Assembly (NCBI GenBank): GCA_028534125.1
Contig: CM052818.1
Location: 8,062,001-8,126,000, forward strand
Length of the DNA: 64,000 nucleotides
DNA from: Lama glama
Taxonomy: Eukaryota
Reading direction: 5' to 3'
Made by a program: the position numbers and the translations under genes. The notes under the pieces were generated by a model, which did not search any database, was not told where the DNA came from, and worked only from the letters and a program-made list of their open reading frames with translations. Below, piece after piece: positions 36,590 through 48,519 of this stretch; position 1 is the first letter of the stretch; the number at the start of each line of letters is the position of its first letter.

Positions 36590-38570
36590 TTTTTAAATCT
36601 CCTTATTATAAAGCACACTAAAGAAAACCACACAGAGTAAATGTATAGCGTAATGAGCTTTTACAAAAAAACACCCCTGGAACCAGAGTCAGGTCAAGAA
36701 ACAGAACTTTGCCAGACACCCAGAAATACTGCCATGTAGTCTGTTTTGATCTCAGCCCTTTCCTGGTGTCCCAAAGTAAACACTATTCTGACTTTTACAC
36801 ACTTTCTCATATACTCATATATTTTTTATCACCTAAATATAAATCCCCCAAAACTGTAGTTTAATAGTATCTATTTAAAATACATTAATGTGTCTCTTAA
36901 ATCTCTCTTAATCTACAAGTTCCCCCTCCATCCCTTTCTTTTCCTTAAAATTTGTTGAAACTGCAGTGTCTCACAGTCTGGATTTTGCTGTTTCCATAAT
37001 TATGTTGTGGTTCAACATGTTTCTCTGTCTTTTGAAAATTCTGCAAGTTAATAGTTTTGGCAAGACTACGAGCGATAGACTGGCTTTTTATCAGAAAGCA
37101 CGTAATGTCAGGTTCTCTTTCTCTCTTGGTTGTCTCTCTTCTTTGATGTCAGCAGCTATTGATAATCAGTGCCTAGATCCATTAATTCATTAGGGTTGCA
37201 AAATGGTGATAACTAATGATATTACTATTTTTTATTTATTAATTGGGATGCTTTTTATAATGAGACACTTCTACTCATCTCCCATTTGTTATCCCAGGGG
37301 CTGAATTCACTTAGTACACTCAAGGTAAACATCTGTTTCTTTTACCTACTAGTTTTCAAGATTGAATTGGTTCCCTGTCACTCCCTGAAGGTAATCAGCT
37401 TTTGTTTTTCAAATAGCATTATGAATTCATGAATTTAAACATATTGGACTTAATGGGTTTCATAAATTATCATTGTTATCCTTTTGAAAGTTCAGTTTCT
37501 TAACTTTGGCCTCTCTTTTTGTCATGACCTTAGTCGTCTCGGGTAGCCTCCCTCTATCTGGTATGACAGAATGTTCCATGCTCCTGTTGCACATTTCCTG
37601 CCCAAACCCAGAATTAGAAATTTCTTCAATAAGCTATGGTTTCTTTTACTGGAAAATGGTATTTTTAAGCCCAAGTTTTGGAGCTAAGGCTATTGTGGTG
37701 TTGTTACTGGGTTGGTCATTATTTCTAGGTGCCTTTAGTAGAGAGAGCTAGAAAGTTTGTACATGTGTATATTCAGAGTGAGTTCATATTGATACTTCTA
37801 ATTCATGTTAAGAATTACAGGGTTTTTATTTTTTTTTATTTTTTTGTCACATTTTTTTCTCTGTGATTTATCATAACATTTTGTGTATATTTCCCTAAGA
37901 ATTACAGGGTTTTTAATTTTAACGTCTTCATTACATCTGTATCTTTCTTCTACACCAGAAATCCTAGTTTTCAGGGATACAAGGGATGAATTGTAATGTC
38001 CCATAATTACTCGTTTACTTTATCCCATGGTACATACCTAACAGTCTCAGAATAATCACACTACCTCTACTAATATATAAATTACTGAGCACATTCAAGA
38101 ACTTTTTGGTCTCTGTTTTTCTTGTTTCTACCCCTTCCATTTAAAAATAGTTGTACTTTACTTACATTATTGAAGTATATAGTCATACGTACTGTGTTCT
38201 CTCTTTATCCTCATCTACTCATCCATGGGTTTTTGTTTTGCTCTTTAATCGGACTGTCTTTTCCACGTGGGGATTTAGAAAGATTCAAAAATTATAGTGC
38301 CACCATTGCCACTTTGCCAGAATCAGGAATGCTGCACTCAAACACTTTTAATTTGAATGAACATTTTCTGAAAGGTTGAATTTTACATGTTTATATTCAT
38401 GTTTTTGCATGGGATGTCCTTTGTTCCAGCAGTATTTGTTGAAAAGACTGCCTTTCTCTAATGAATCACCTCTACTCCTTTGTCAGATATAGTCAGCTCG
38501 TCTGATGTGTAGGTATATTTCTGGGCTCTTTATATTCTGTTCCATTGATCAATTTGTCTTTTCTTTCATG
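36590..38570 (-). mobile_element. Old L1 (L1MC/ME-type) 3' region fragments
   Basis: caggtcaagaaacagaactttgccagacacccagaa..; tcacagtctggattttgctg; ttgttccagcagtatttgttgaaaagactgcc..tctgggctctttatattctgttccattgatc. Confidence 0.65.
37829..37895 (-). mobile_element. 67-bp L1 3'UTR-derived retroinsertion with 20-bp TSD
   Basis: TSD taagaattacagggttttta at 37809-37828 and 37896-37915; body aligns by eye with L1 3'UTR at ~7902-7955; T-run is the poly(A) tail. Confidence 0.85.
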
Positions 38571-39239
38571 AAATAACTTTTTAATATATTGCAAAATATA
38601 ACTGTTACAACGTAATTCTGTGTATTGGAGGATTTTATTAATACAACATATGAGTTGATAACATTCACATACCAAAAAATATGGGTAAAGGAATGCCTGT
38701 ACTTCCTCGTAGATTTGGCCCTTTTTCTAAGTTTGTAAGAAATTTATATGTTTATCATGTATACAGACGTCAGATTTCATTGAAAGCTATTAAAAATAAG
38801 AGATGTATCCATTTGGAAAAATATTACTTTTTTTAATTGATATATTTGGATAGGTAAAGATGTGGAGCAATAAGGAACTCATTCATGGCTTATTGGAGAG
38901 GAAATTAATAAATCACTGTGGAGAGCAACTTAGAAACAGCTAATATGATTGCAGGTGTGAGTCTCCAGCACTAAGGAAAACTGACCTGTGTAAATAAGTA
39001 CATATATACAGTAATGTTCGTAGCAGCACTGTTTGTAGTATCAAAAAACAAGAAACAACTTAAATGTCCACTAATATTTAAGTTGAATGAAAACGTGTTT
39101 TGTGGTGTATTCAGAGGGTAAACTGATATACAGAAGTTGAAATGAAGGAATTAGAGCTTTATGATTAAATCCCAAATGAAAAAGTTGAGCAAAAAGGAAC
39201 TACAGTATGATACAATATAAGAACACCTGTATAAAATTT

Positions 39240-39863
39240 TTTCTTTATTGAAGAATAGTTGATTTACAGTGTTATATTAGTTTCAGGTATATGACATAGT
39301 GATGCGATATTTTTATAGATTATACTCCATTTAAAGTTATTTTACAATATTGGCCATATTCCCTGTGCTGTATATTACATCCTTGTATCTTATTTTACAC
39401 ATAATAGTTTGTACCTTCTAGTCCCTTTCCTCATTTTGCCCCTCCCCTGAACTCTCTCCTCAATGGTAACCACTAGTTTGTTCCTCTGTGAGTCTGTTTT
39501 GTTATATATGTTCATTTGTTTTATTTATTAGATTCCACATATAAATGGAAATGTACAGTATTTATCTTTCTCTGGCTAACTTACCTCACTAAGCATAATG
39601 TGCTCCAGGTCTACCTAGGTTCTTACAAATGATAAAATTCATTCTTTTTTATGGCTGAGTAATATTCCATTGTATATGTATACACCACATTTTTTTTATC
39701 CATTCATCTGTCGATGGACACTTAGGTTGCTTCTGTATCTTGGCAATTGTAAGTAATGCTACAGTGAACATTGTGGTGCATATATCTTTCTGAATTAGTG
39801 TTTCCATTTTCTTCAGGTATGTACCCAGGGGTGGAATTGCTGGATTATATGGTAGTTCTATTA
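39240..39863 (-). mobile_element. 5'-truncated L1 (ORF2 end plus 3'UTR) nested in an older + strand L1ME-like fragment (~38850-40130)
   Basis: ORF 39649..39882 encodes the L1 ORF2 C-terminus (ELPYNPAIPPLGTY..QPKCPSTDEWIKKMW); L1 3'UTR and T-rich tail at the left end. Confidence 0.88.
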
Positions 39864-40598
39864 AAAATTTTAAAACATTCAAAACAATGTGTTGTTCAGG
39901 GTTGTTCTATATTGATGTAGTAAGAATATGCTTAGGAATAAATACCAAATTCATAATAGTATTGCCTCTGGGGAGGGAGAAAAGAATGCAATCTGGTAGT
40001 TTTTATCTTTAGCTGATATTTCATTTCTTAAAAAAAACTGTAACAAAAGGATAGTATTTCATAAAGCTTTTTTGCATTTATTATTATTATTATTGGAGAC
40101 AACATTCTCTATTGTCTTGAATGTTTCATAAAGATGTAAAACTAAAGTGTGCCATCTATCTCCTGTTACTAAAAATTTCAGCAAAGTGAGGGGAGAAATG
40201 TAGATTTCAGGACAAATTCTAGTGAAAAGCTAAGAATTTTGGTTGCTGCATGATGTTTGAAATAACCTGGGTACACTCTGGTGAAAGTTTTCAGTTGCAG
40301 AAAAGACTCAATAAACTTTCTTCCTGATACATATATTGAGTGACCTTAAAAACATCGTAATAGACACGCTCTCTCGCCAAACACAGAACACGGGAATCTT
40401 GCGTCTATCTCCAGCTCACTGGGATTGCTTTTCTGCTTTTTGTGCTTTCTTAAGTTTAAAATATCTTCCATAGAAGGCATTAGTCATGCTGACTGCTTAT
40501 GCCTTTCCTTCTCTATGCTTTCTTCCTTTGATGACTTTTGGATCAATTCTATCTACTTTTTTCAATTTAGCTTTTTTAAGAATAAAAACAGAATCATC

Positions 40599-40621
40599 TG
40601 TGTGTGTGTGTGTGTGTGTGT
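40599..40621. repeat. (TG)11 microsatellite
   Basis: Direct reading. Confidence 0.95.
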
Positions 40622-41303
40622 CATCTAGTTTCAACCTTAAAGCTGACTGAATTAAACTTGACAAACATTTCGCTTTAGGAATGATACTGCCAACATTTTT
40701 ATCCTTGAAATTGGGAAATTCCTAGACCTTGAGGACTCCTCATTATCTTTTCTGCTCTTTCTTAGCTTGAATTTTTCAATTCTTAATATTTCTTTCTTTA
40801 CTACACAGTTTTCTTAAAAAACAATGAAAAGTAAACAACAAAAAAAATAAAACAGTGGGCCATGGTTACTTATCTCTCATCTGGTATCACAATCTCCCTC
40901 CATTGGCCACTTGTAACATCACATAGCCTGTGGTTTAGCTAATACTGCTTGGGTTTTCTGTGTGTTTTCCTTCTTTGAACCTTCCTATTACCTTGAAGTT
41001 AAAGCAGAGATCTTCTTTCAGATTTTTCAGACTCTTGGCAGATCACTACACATTTTAAACATCTTTAATTTTTCATCCCTTACTTACCTATAATTGTTCT
41101 TCCTCTTCACATTATTTGCCTATTCAGTATGCCCTTGTTAGGACTTCTTACCCTGTTCTTTATTACAGGCATTCCCACTTGAATTCTAATGACCAGTTCC
41201 TGAAACCCCTGGCATATATTTTCAGAATCTTTAAAGAGTTACTAGATTTCAGAATTCACCAATCTGGAAAGTACCCGAAGATAGAATTAAGACCAAGAAC
41301 TCA

Positions 41304-41496
41304 AAGTTGCTGATAGAGTAAATCTTAAAAGTTCTCATTACAAGGAAAAACTAAAATGTAACTATGTATGGTGACAGACGTTAACTAGACTTCCTGTGGG
41401 GATATTTCCCAATATCGAGTCATTATGTTGTACACCTGAAACTAATATTATGTTATATGTCAATTATACCTGAGAGAAAGAGAGAGAGAGAGAAAG
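41304..41496 (+). mobile_element. Short L1MA-type 3' end with (GA)n tail
   Basis: gagtaaatcttaaaagttctcatt..ttatgttgtacacctgaaactaata..tgtcaattatacct; candidate TSD agaactca at 41296-41303 and 41497-41504. Confidence 0.75.
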
Positions 41497-42247
41497 AGAA
41501 CTCAGTGAGAGTAGGGAATTCTTGATCATAAAGTTTACAGAGGGTAACGGTGAGCACGCCTCATGGAAGGTAGAAGTAGACTTCAGATTACTCTTGCTTG
41601 GTTACAAGAATACTGCCAGCCACAGTCCTCTCATTTTGGAGTCCTCTCTCTCCTTTGTGTGTTTTCTTCAGGGCATTGTCCCCTAACATTTGTCCCTTCT
41701 CTACACACCATATTTTTTGTGTATATCTTGGCCTGATCATCTCCTCACTAGTACTTCAATCTAAGTTCATTTTGGGAGGAAAAACTGACCACATAAATAT
41801 AGGATGAGAGATGTCTCAGTATGTGCAAGTTTGGATTTTATAAAGTCTACGTTTTGCCTTGGTATTTTGCAATAACTACATAATTGTATTTGGTATTTTC
41901 AACTTATTTGCAAATGATCAGCTAACTGAAATTCTCATAGATAGAAAGTGTATTAACACATTTTTCTCCGATATAGTTCTTCAGTCAGTAGAGTATACTT
42001 TTAATGACTTTAAAAGGCTGATGAATATTCAGGTGTAACACTTCATTTTCATAATCTTGGTCCAACATAGTAGCATCTTCCTAGAAAAATGGAATGACTG
42101 CATTTTCTTTCCCTGCATCTCATTGCTCTATTTCAGCTGAGACCATTTTTATTGATGATTATCTGTTTCTACTTCTTGTGTAAAAAATATTACTTTAGAA
42201 TTCTAATTGGAATCCTAGTTCACTTTTCCTTTCAACTAAAAGCATTA

Positions 42248-42900
42248 ATATGGAGAGTCTTTAAAAAACTAAAAATAGACTGACCTTGTGATCCACCGAT
42301 CTCACTCCTTGGCGTATATCCGGAGGAAGCTCTAATTTGCAAGGATACATGCATCCCAATGTTCATAGCAGCACTATTTACAATAACCAAGGCATCGAAA
42401 CAACCTAAATGTCCATGGACAGACAGTTGCCTGGATAAAGATGTTTTTCATATATATATACAATGGAATACTACTCAGCCATAAAAAAGAATAAAATGCC
42501 ATTTGCAGCAACATGGATGGACCTGGAGATTGTCATTCTAAGTGAAGTAAGCCAGAAAGAGAAAAAAATACCATATGATATCACTTATATGTGGAATCTA
42601 AAAAAGGCACAAATGAACTTATTTACAAAAAAAAATAGACTCACATAGAAAACAAAATAAACTTATCATTACCAGGGGGCATGGGAGTGGGAAGGGATAA
42701 ATTGAGAGTTCAAGATTTGCAGATACTAATTGCTATATATAAAATAGATAAGCAACAAGTTTCTTCTATATAGCACAGGGAACTATATTCATATCTTATA
42801 ATCTATAATGAAAAAGAATATATGTGTATATATGACTGAAACATGCTGTACACCAGAGACTGATACAACATTGTAAACTGACTATATGTCAACTTTTAAA
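42248..42900 (+). mobile_element. 5'-truncated L1 (ORF2 C-terminus plus 3'UTR), related to the 7797-10542 element
   Basis: ORF 42463..42648 MEYYSAIKKNKMPFAATWMDLEIVILSEVSQKEK is the L1 ORF2 end; 3'UTR tatagcacagggaactatattc..acaacattgtaaactgactata. Confidence 0.92.
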
Positions 42901-44394
42901 ATAGTATTAGTTACACATTAGATAACATCCAAGTATCTCTTTAGTATTCTTGATTGACCTAAACTTTTGCACCAGGGTTCTTTGCCGTGTCAGTCAAATT
43001 ATTTATAAACATTTCCTGTGCAGATTTACTGTCATTATGTACTTACTATTGCTGCTTATTTATTTTATTATAGGATATGATACCTTTATCTTGGTAGTAT
43101 CTGTACATATAAATTTCTTATTTTCATAGACTGAAATGTTTTCTTTATTCTAATAATGTTGGTTATCTTTTAAAATCACAGAATCAAATATGAACTTAAA
43201 TTTAGAATCATGAAATTAAGTATGAACTTTGTATATTGTGTTTAAAAATTATTCGGTCAGTAGTGTTTTTCATAAATAAATGAAATCAGTTTAATATAAC
43301 TTCCAAGCCACATCTTTTCCGTTTAAGATTATCTTTAAATTTATAGTTTGTAACTATATAAGCGGCAGCCATGAAATCTAAATAACCAAATTTGGATTTT
43401 ATGTAGGATCAGTATCTTTCATTCCTTTTACCTTCTGTCTTTGTCAAGGAATTCAGGACTCTGTCTTCCAAAACAACAGTAATAGCCACTATTTATTGAG
43501 GGCTCCTCCGTCTCCTGCATGTCAGGTCCATTATTTTTGTTTTTAACTCACATGGCATTCCTGCAGGACAGGTGAATAAATCCTCATTTTACAGATGAGA
43601 AAACTACAGTTCCAAGAGGTTGACTTGCCCCAAATCCCAGAGCTTTCTGTTGCCAAGAACGAGGAGACAGGCCTGAGGGTGTGCTGCTTCTGCTGTGTGG
43701 TGTTGCTCTGGACTGTTGTACATGGTCAAGTCCAGCATGGAATTAAATTCTGAACCCAGCCATGTAAAACGTCATCTCATTCTATGTTGAGAGTCACGTA
43801 AACTTGCCCCTGTCTGTTCATGACATACTGCTTTCCAAAGATTCCATGCAACATCATAGAAGAAACCTAAAGTTTTCCTTGTTCTCTTCTTCTTTTTAAA
43901 TGGATGTAAAAACTAGCAATAATATTTTGTGTTCTAATAATTTTTCTTTTGAGGAAATAGTTTAGTTTTGATTTGGTTCATTTTGGGGATTTTTTTTATT
44001 TACATTTATAAAGTACACCCTTTATTTTCAACATAATGCAATGAATGAATGAAGCATCTTTAAGAGGTCAGTTTATTAAGAACCTTGCCTTCCAGCCTTC
44101 CTCAGTCACACTAAGTTGCCTGTGTTATTCACTACTTGACAAAAAATAGCTCAGCAATAGCTTCTTTCTTTCTCATGCCAAGGTTCACAGGCTCCGTTGT
44201 CATGTGTATGATTTGTCTCTGTAGTTCCTTCACCTTTTTCTCACTCTTCTCGTTGTGGGGATCCCACCACCATACCTAGAGTTTCTAATGCCTTGTGGAT
44301 CTCATTCCTGCTCTATGATCACACACACACACACTGGTACCTGTAAACTCATTAGTTACCTGTGCTTGTGAGGCCGTGTGTCTTACAGAGACCT

Positions 44395-44600
44395 TGATCT
44401 TTAGAGTCAGACTGACCTGGCTTCAGACCACAGCTCTATCACTTACTAACTTTGGTACCAAAGGAAACTTACACCATCTCTCTGACCCTCGTTTTCCTTA
44501 TCTCTAGAATGTAGATTATAATACTAAACTTTGGAATATTGAAAAGATTATATAAAACAAGGTACGAAAAGTGATTAACACAATACCCTGTTTTCTTACT
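44395..44600 (+). mobile_element. MIR SINE
   Basis: ctttagagtcagactgacctggcttcagaccacagctctatcacttactaact..ctctctgaccctcgttttccttatctctagaatg. Confidence 0.75.
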
Positions 44601-45517
44601 GCTTATTAGTGTTGGTGGGGTGACTCTTTACTGAAACTCATGCACACTTGTTTTTTAATCTGTATACTTTTATGATATCTGTAATTATGCCATGCCAGAC
44701 ATTTTCCTCCCGTAAGCGAATTTTAGACATTTACTTGTGAAGAAGACAGGTGATCCTGTGGCCTTGGCCAGCTTTTTAGAGGTGTCTGGGATTGGCAGCG
44801 GAGGAGAAGGCATACATGCGGTCCACAGTCTTACTTCCCTTTTAACCCCTTTCTCTTGGTGAAACCACATTGCGTGTTGGGGAGAATCTCACAAACTTCT
44901 GGAACTGAGGAAGCCTGGGACCCTCCTCCCTGCACCTTGGGCCTAACCTGTTCTCTACCCAGACTGCCATCTTGCTTGACCCCCCTCTAGGCGATCTCTG
45001 TACGAGTACAGGTCCTATTCAGGGTCACCTGGCCTCCCAGTTTTCTGCCCTAAGGCTTCCTTTACAAATCTCTAAGCTTTCTGGAAGTATGATACTTCAA
45101 CCAGCAATATAGTATGTTTTTTTTTTAATTTATAGTTTTTTTAAAAGCTACTACCAGCATAGCTTTTAGCTAGCTCCTACACAGGATACCAAAACAAAGT
45201 GTAAAGTAGTAAGACAGTTTTTGTTTTTTTTTTTGGATACAGTTAAAGTGAGGACATGTGATCAAAACTTAGGTGTAAATAAAAGGCTGAATGTCACAAG
45301 TTGGCCAAGTTAGCCAAGTTGGAGTAGGGAAGGGGTAATGGAGGTGAGCTCAAAGGAAAGAAGGATGCTGCCCAGCTGGGAGAAATTTAGAAACTGAGAT
45401 CTGAAATAGCATTTGGTCTAATTCTTCAAGAATGTCAAGAATGAGCATGATTGATAGGAAATACTGAGTCTCTGTGGGTAAAGAGTATGGATTTCAAGTA
45501 AAGGACATGAGTGAAGT

Positions 45518-45875
45518 TGTTGAAAGGTAAGCCGAGGTATATTACAATTTTTTGAGTTTGAGTAAATCAGTTCTAGTGGGGCAGTGCGAGACTGCAAGTG
45601 GTTAGCAGCTACTATGTGAGACTGGTCAGTGGTTGGGAGCTACCGATAAGAGGTGGGAGAAAGACTTAACGGAGAAAGTGCAGAAGCAAAGAAAGGACAT
45701 TTTCTTGGTTGGCTATAGCTTCAAGCCCTGTTGGCGATTGTGATTGGTTATCCTTAGTGTTTTGATTTTGTAACTTTGAGGCATTTACAGGCTTAGGTTT
45801 TGGTTTGCCTACATAGGCCGCTGTGGCATTACAGCCTCATCAGTCAAATGGCCTCCTTGTTTAATTAATTAAACA
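45518..45875 (-). mobile_element. ERV1-class solo LTR (MER57-like)
   Basis: Minus strand TGTTTAATTAATTAAACAAGGAGGCCATTTGACTGA..AAACCTAAGCCTGTAAATGCCTC..AACCAATCACA..TTTCAACA; TG...CA ends. Confidence 0.65.
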
Positions 45876-45959
45876 AGTTATAGAGCTGGGAAAATGCAGC
45901 TTTAGCTTGAACCCAGAGTAGAGTAATGAGGGGAGGCTGTAGGAGATAATACTAGAATT

Positions 45960-46490
45960 TGCAAGTGAGATCATGTCCCTCCTTTGTTTATGGCTTCTCA
46001 TCTCGTTTAGAGAAAAAGCCAAAGTCCCTATAATGACCTATAAGCTACTACACAATCGTCCCTCTCCCCCAGTTCCCACTGCTCTCTTCCTTCATCCCTC
46101 TGCTCTAGCCCCACTGCTCTCCCATTGTCTCTTTATCAGACCAAGACCTTGTTTTTCTTCAGCTTTGTTTCCTCTCCCCGGAGTCCTCCCCTCCCAGGTG
46201 GCTGCATGGCTCACCCTTCACTTCTTGCAGGTCACTTTTATCAGAAAGGCCTGCCCTGGTTTCTCTCTATCACCTCCCCTTCCCCTTACTTTCCTTTGTT
46301 TTTCTTCATAGTACTTGGAAAGTGCATTTATCGGATCACTAGCATCCTGTGTATGTTTGCTTGTGAATCGTTGCCTTCTCTTCAGCTGTTAGAGATATGT
46401 TCTCTGAGGACGAGGACTTACTGCCATGTCCCTGGAAGTCCCAGAACCAGTGCCTGGCACGTAGCTCATACTCAGACATTTATTAGATAA
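45960..46490 (-). mobile_element. L2 3' region
   Basis: tggcttctcatctcgtttagagaaaaagccaaagtccctataatgacctataag..cccagaaccagtgcctggcacgtag. Confidence 0.8.
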
Positions 46491-46849
46491 AAAAGAAAAA
46501 CAGGAGCAGGAGAGAGTGCGAGAGAGGGAATGAGCTGGATATGGATCCTATAGGGTTTTGCATTCCAGGCAGAGGAATAAACATTTAATTCATTAGGTAG
46601 TGGCTAGCTATTGAAGGGTTCGAACAGGGAAGTGAGAGCGAAAACATTTAGTTTAGGGAAGATTACCAAGGTGCTAATAATGTATAGGATGGTTTTTTTT
46701 TTTTTTAATTCATGTCAGCCTCCCTTCCTTCCCCAAATCAGCACTAAGTAACATACCTGGATGTGCTTTAAAAAAAAATAACAATTTTGTAGTTTGACTC
46801 TCAAAAACTGCTAAAATAATTGCCAAAATGGCTAAAAGCAAATTCCCTT

Positions 46850-47050
46850 CCTGTACTTTTCCCCCTGGTTTGCCCCAACGATAGCATCTTACATGACTGC
46901 AGCACATTGTCAAATCCAGGAATGTGACCTTGGTGTGATACTGTTAACTCAGGTACAGGCCTTAGTTGGATTTCATGATTTTACACGCACTTGTGTGTAT
47001 GTGTACATGTGTGCATGCACACATGCATAGTTCTGTGAACTTTTGTGTAG
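46850..47050 (-). mobile_element. Old L1MC-type 3'UTR fragment
   Basis: ccccaacgatagcatcttacatgactgcagcacattgtcaaatccaggaatgtgaccttggtgtgatactgttaact. Confidence 0.55.
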
Positions 47051-47909
47051 AAAGGTGTGTTTAATGTTTCTACATCTAATTTTGAAGTTTTCTTCGAGAT
47101 GTTAGAAAATATCCTCTTAAATATCACTCTTGAGGTTGCTGGCTTCCCCCGTTTACATATGAACAAAGTGAATGGCCCATAGTTTTATTTCTTTATTCTT
47201 CTGCCTAGGTGTTTCTGGTGGCCTTTCTTTCCTACACCAAAAATGCTTTAAAGCCTTTTCCTCACCAGTATTGCAAATCATATTACTTACCAGATCTTTT
47301 TTTTTTTTTAACCATTACATTCTTGTTTCTTTCTATTGGTCATTTATCTACTTAACACTTCTTATCCTTTCCCACAGTCAAAGTATTTCTACAGGATTGT
47401 TGGCAGGGTTCTATTAAAGTCTTTTCCATTGCCTACTTTACTGTTCTAGTTAAAAATACATTTCTGGTAAGTAATTTACCAGTAGTTTCAGAACTGTGAT
47501 GGGTACTGGATGGGAAGGAGATTAAATTGTTTAAAATCTTTTATTCATCCTTTTAAAAATCAAGCTTCTAATGTTTTTAGATAGTCTGCTAGCCATATTA
47601 TTTTCCTAAAATCCCACTTTATTAGTTTTTATGTATCATGGAAAATATTTGTCTTTATATTATTTACAGACATTCTAAAACAAAGTGTTTAAGTTAAAAT
47701 TTTATAGTTTAATTTCTACAGCTATGCTAAATATGCATTATATATATGTGTTCTATGTGAGATATACACACACCTATTTATATGTTGCTGATAGTTAAGG
47801 TGATAGTTGATGGTCCTCAGTAGGATTCTGGATTAATAGGCAGGCCTGTGTGCAACAGCTGAAGAAAAAGCAAGGTCTATATGAACATACTTAATACTAT
47901 TTCTTACAG

Positions 47910-48519
47910 GTTCTGAGTTCTGTCCGCACAGAATGGGATCCACTGGATGTTCGCTTTGGCACCAAACAGCCTTATCAGGTGTTGACAGTGGAGTGCTCCA
48001 TCAGTGTAGACAAAGAGCCCATGGCTGACAGCTGCATCTATGAATGCGTTCGGAAAAAAATCCAGTGTGTATCAGTCACCAGAATACCACTAAGATCAAA
48101 GGCCATTAGTTGTTGCAGGAATATCACCGAAGACAAACTGATTCTGGGCTGTGAAGATTCTTCAGTAATTCTTTATGAAACTCACCGCAGAGTGACTCTC
48201 CTAGCTCAGGCCGAACTTTTGCCTTCATTAATAAGCTGCCACCCAAGTGGTGCCATTCTGCTAGTTGGCAGTAACCAAGGGGAGCTGCAAATTTTTGATA
48301 TGGCTCTTTCTCCTATTAACGTCCAGCTTTTGGCTGAAGACTACTCGCCTAGGGAGACTCTGCAATTCAAAGAATCCTTTGATGTTTCTAGCAGTCTTGT
48401 TCACATGCAGTGGACAGCTCCTCAGGTGGTTTCTAAGAAGCCGGAAAGTGGGGACATCTGTGATCTCCTCTTCCTCAGGTTTGACAGAGGACCTTTGGGT
48501 GTACTTTTGTTTAAACTTG
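47910..48519 (+). CDS. WDPCP: WDPCP large coding exon (~exon 10), VLSSVRTEWDPLDVRFGTKQPYQV...RFDRGPLGVLLFKL; WD40/beta-propeller region
   Basis: 610 bp open frame; acceptor ttcttacag, donor G|gtaagt; overlaps ORF 47979..48569 with WD-like HPSGAILLVGSNQGELQIFD. Confidence 0.97.

Noticed and set aside
47006..47025. 20-bp perfect palindrome catgtgtgcatgcacacatg
   Set aside because: Arises trivially from adjoining TG/CA low-complexity runs within an old L1 fragment
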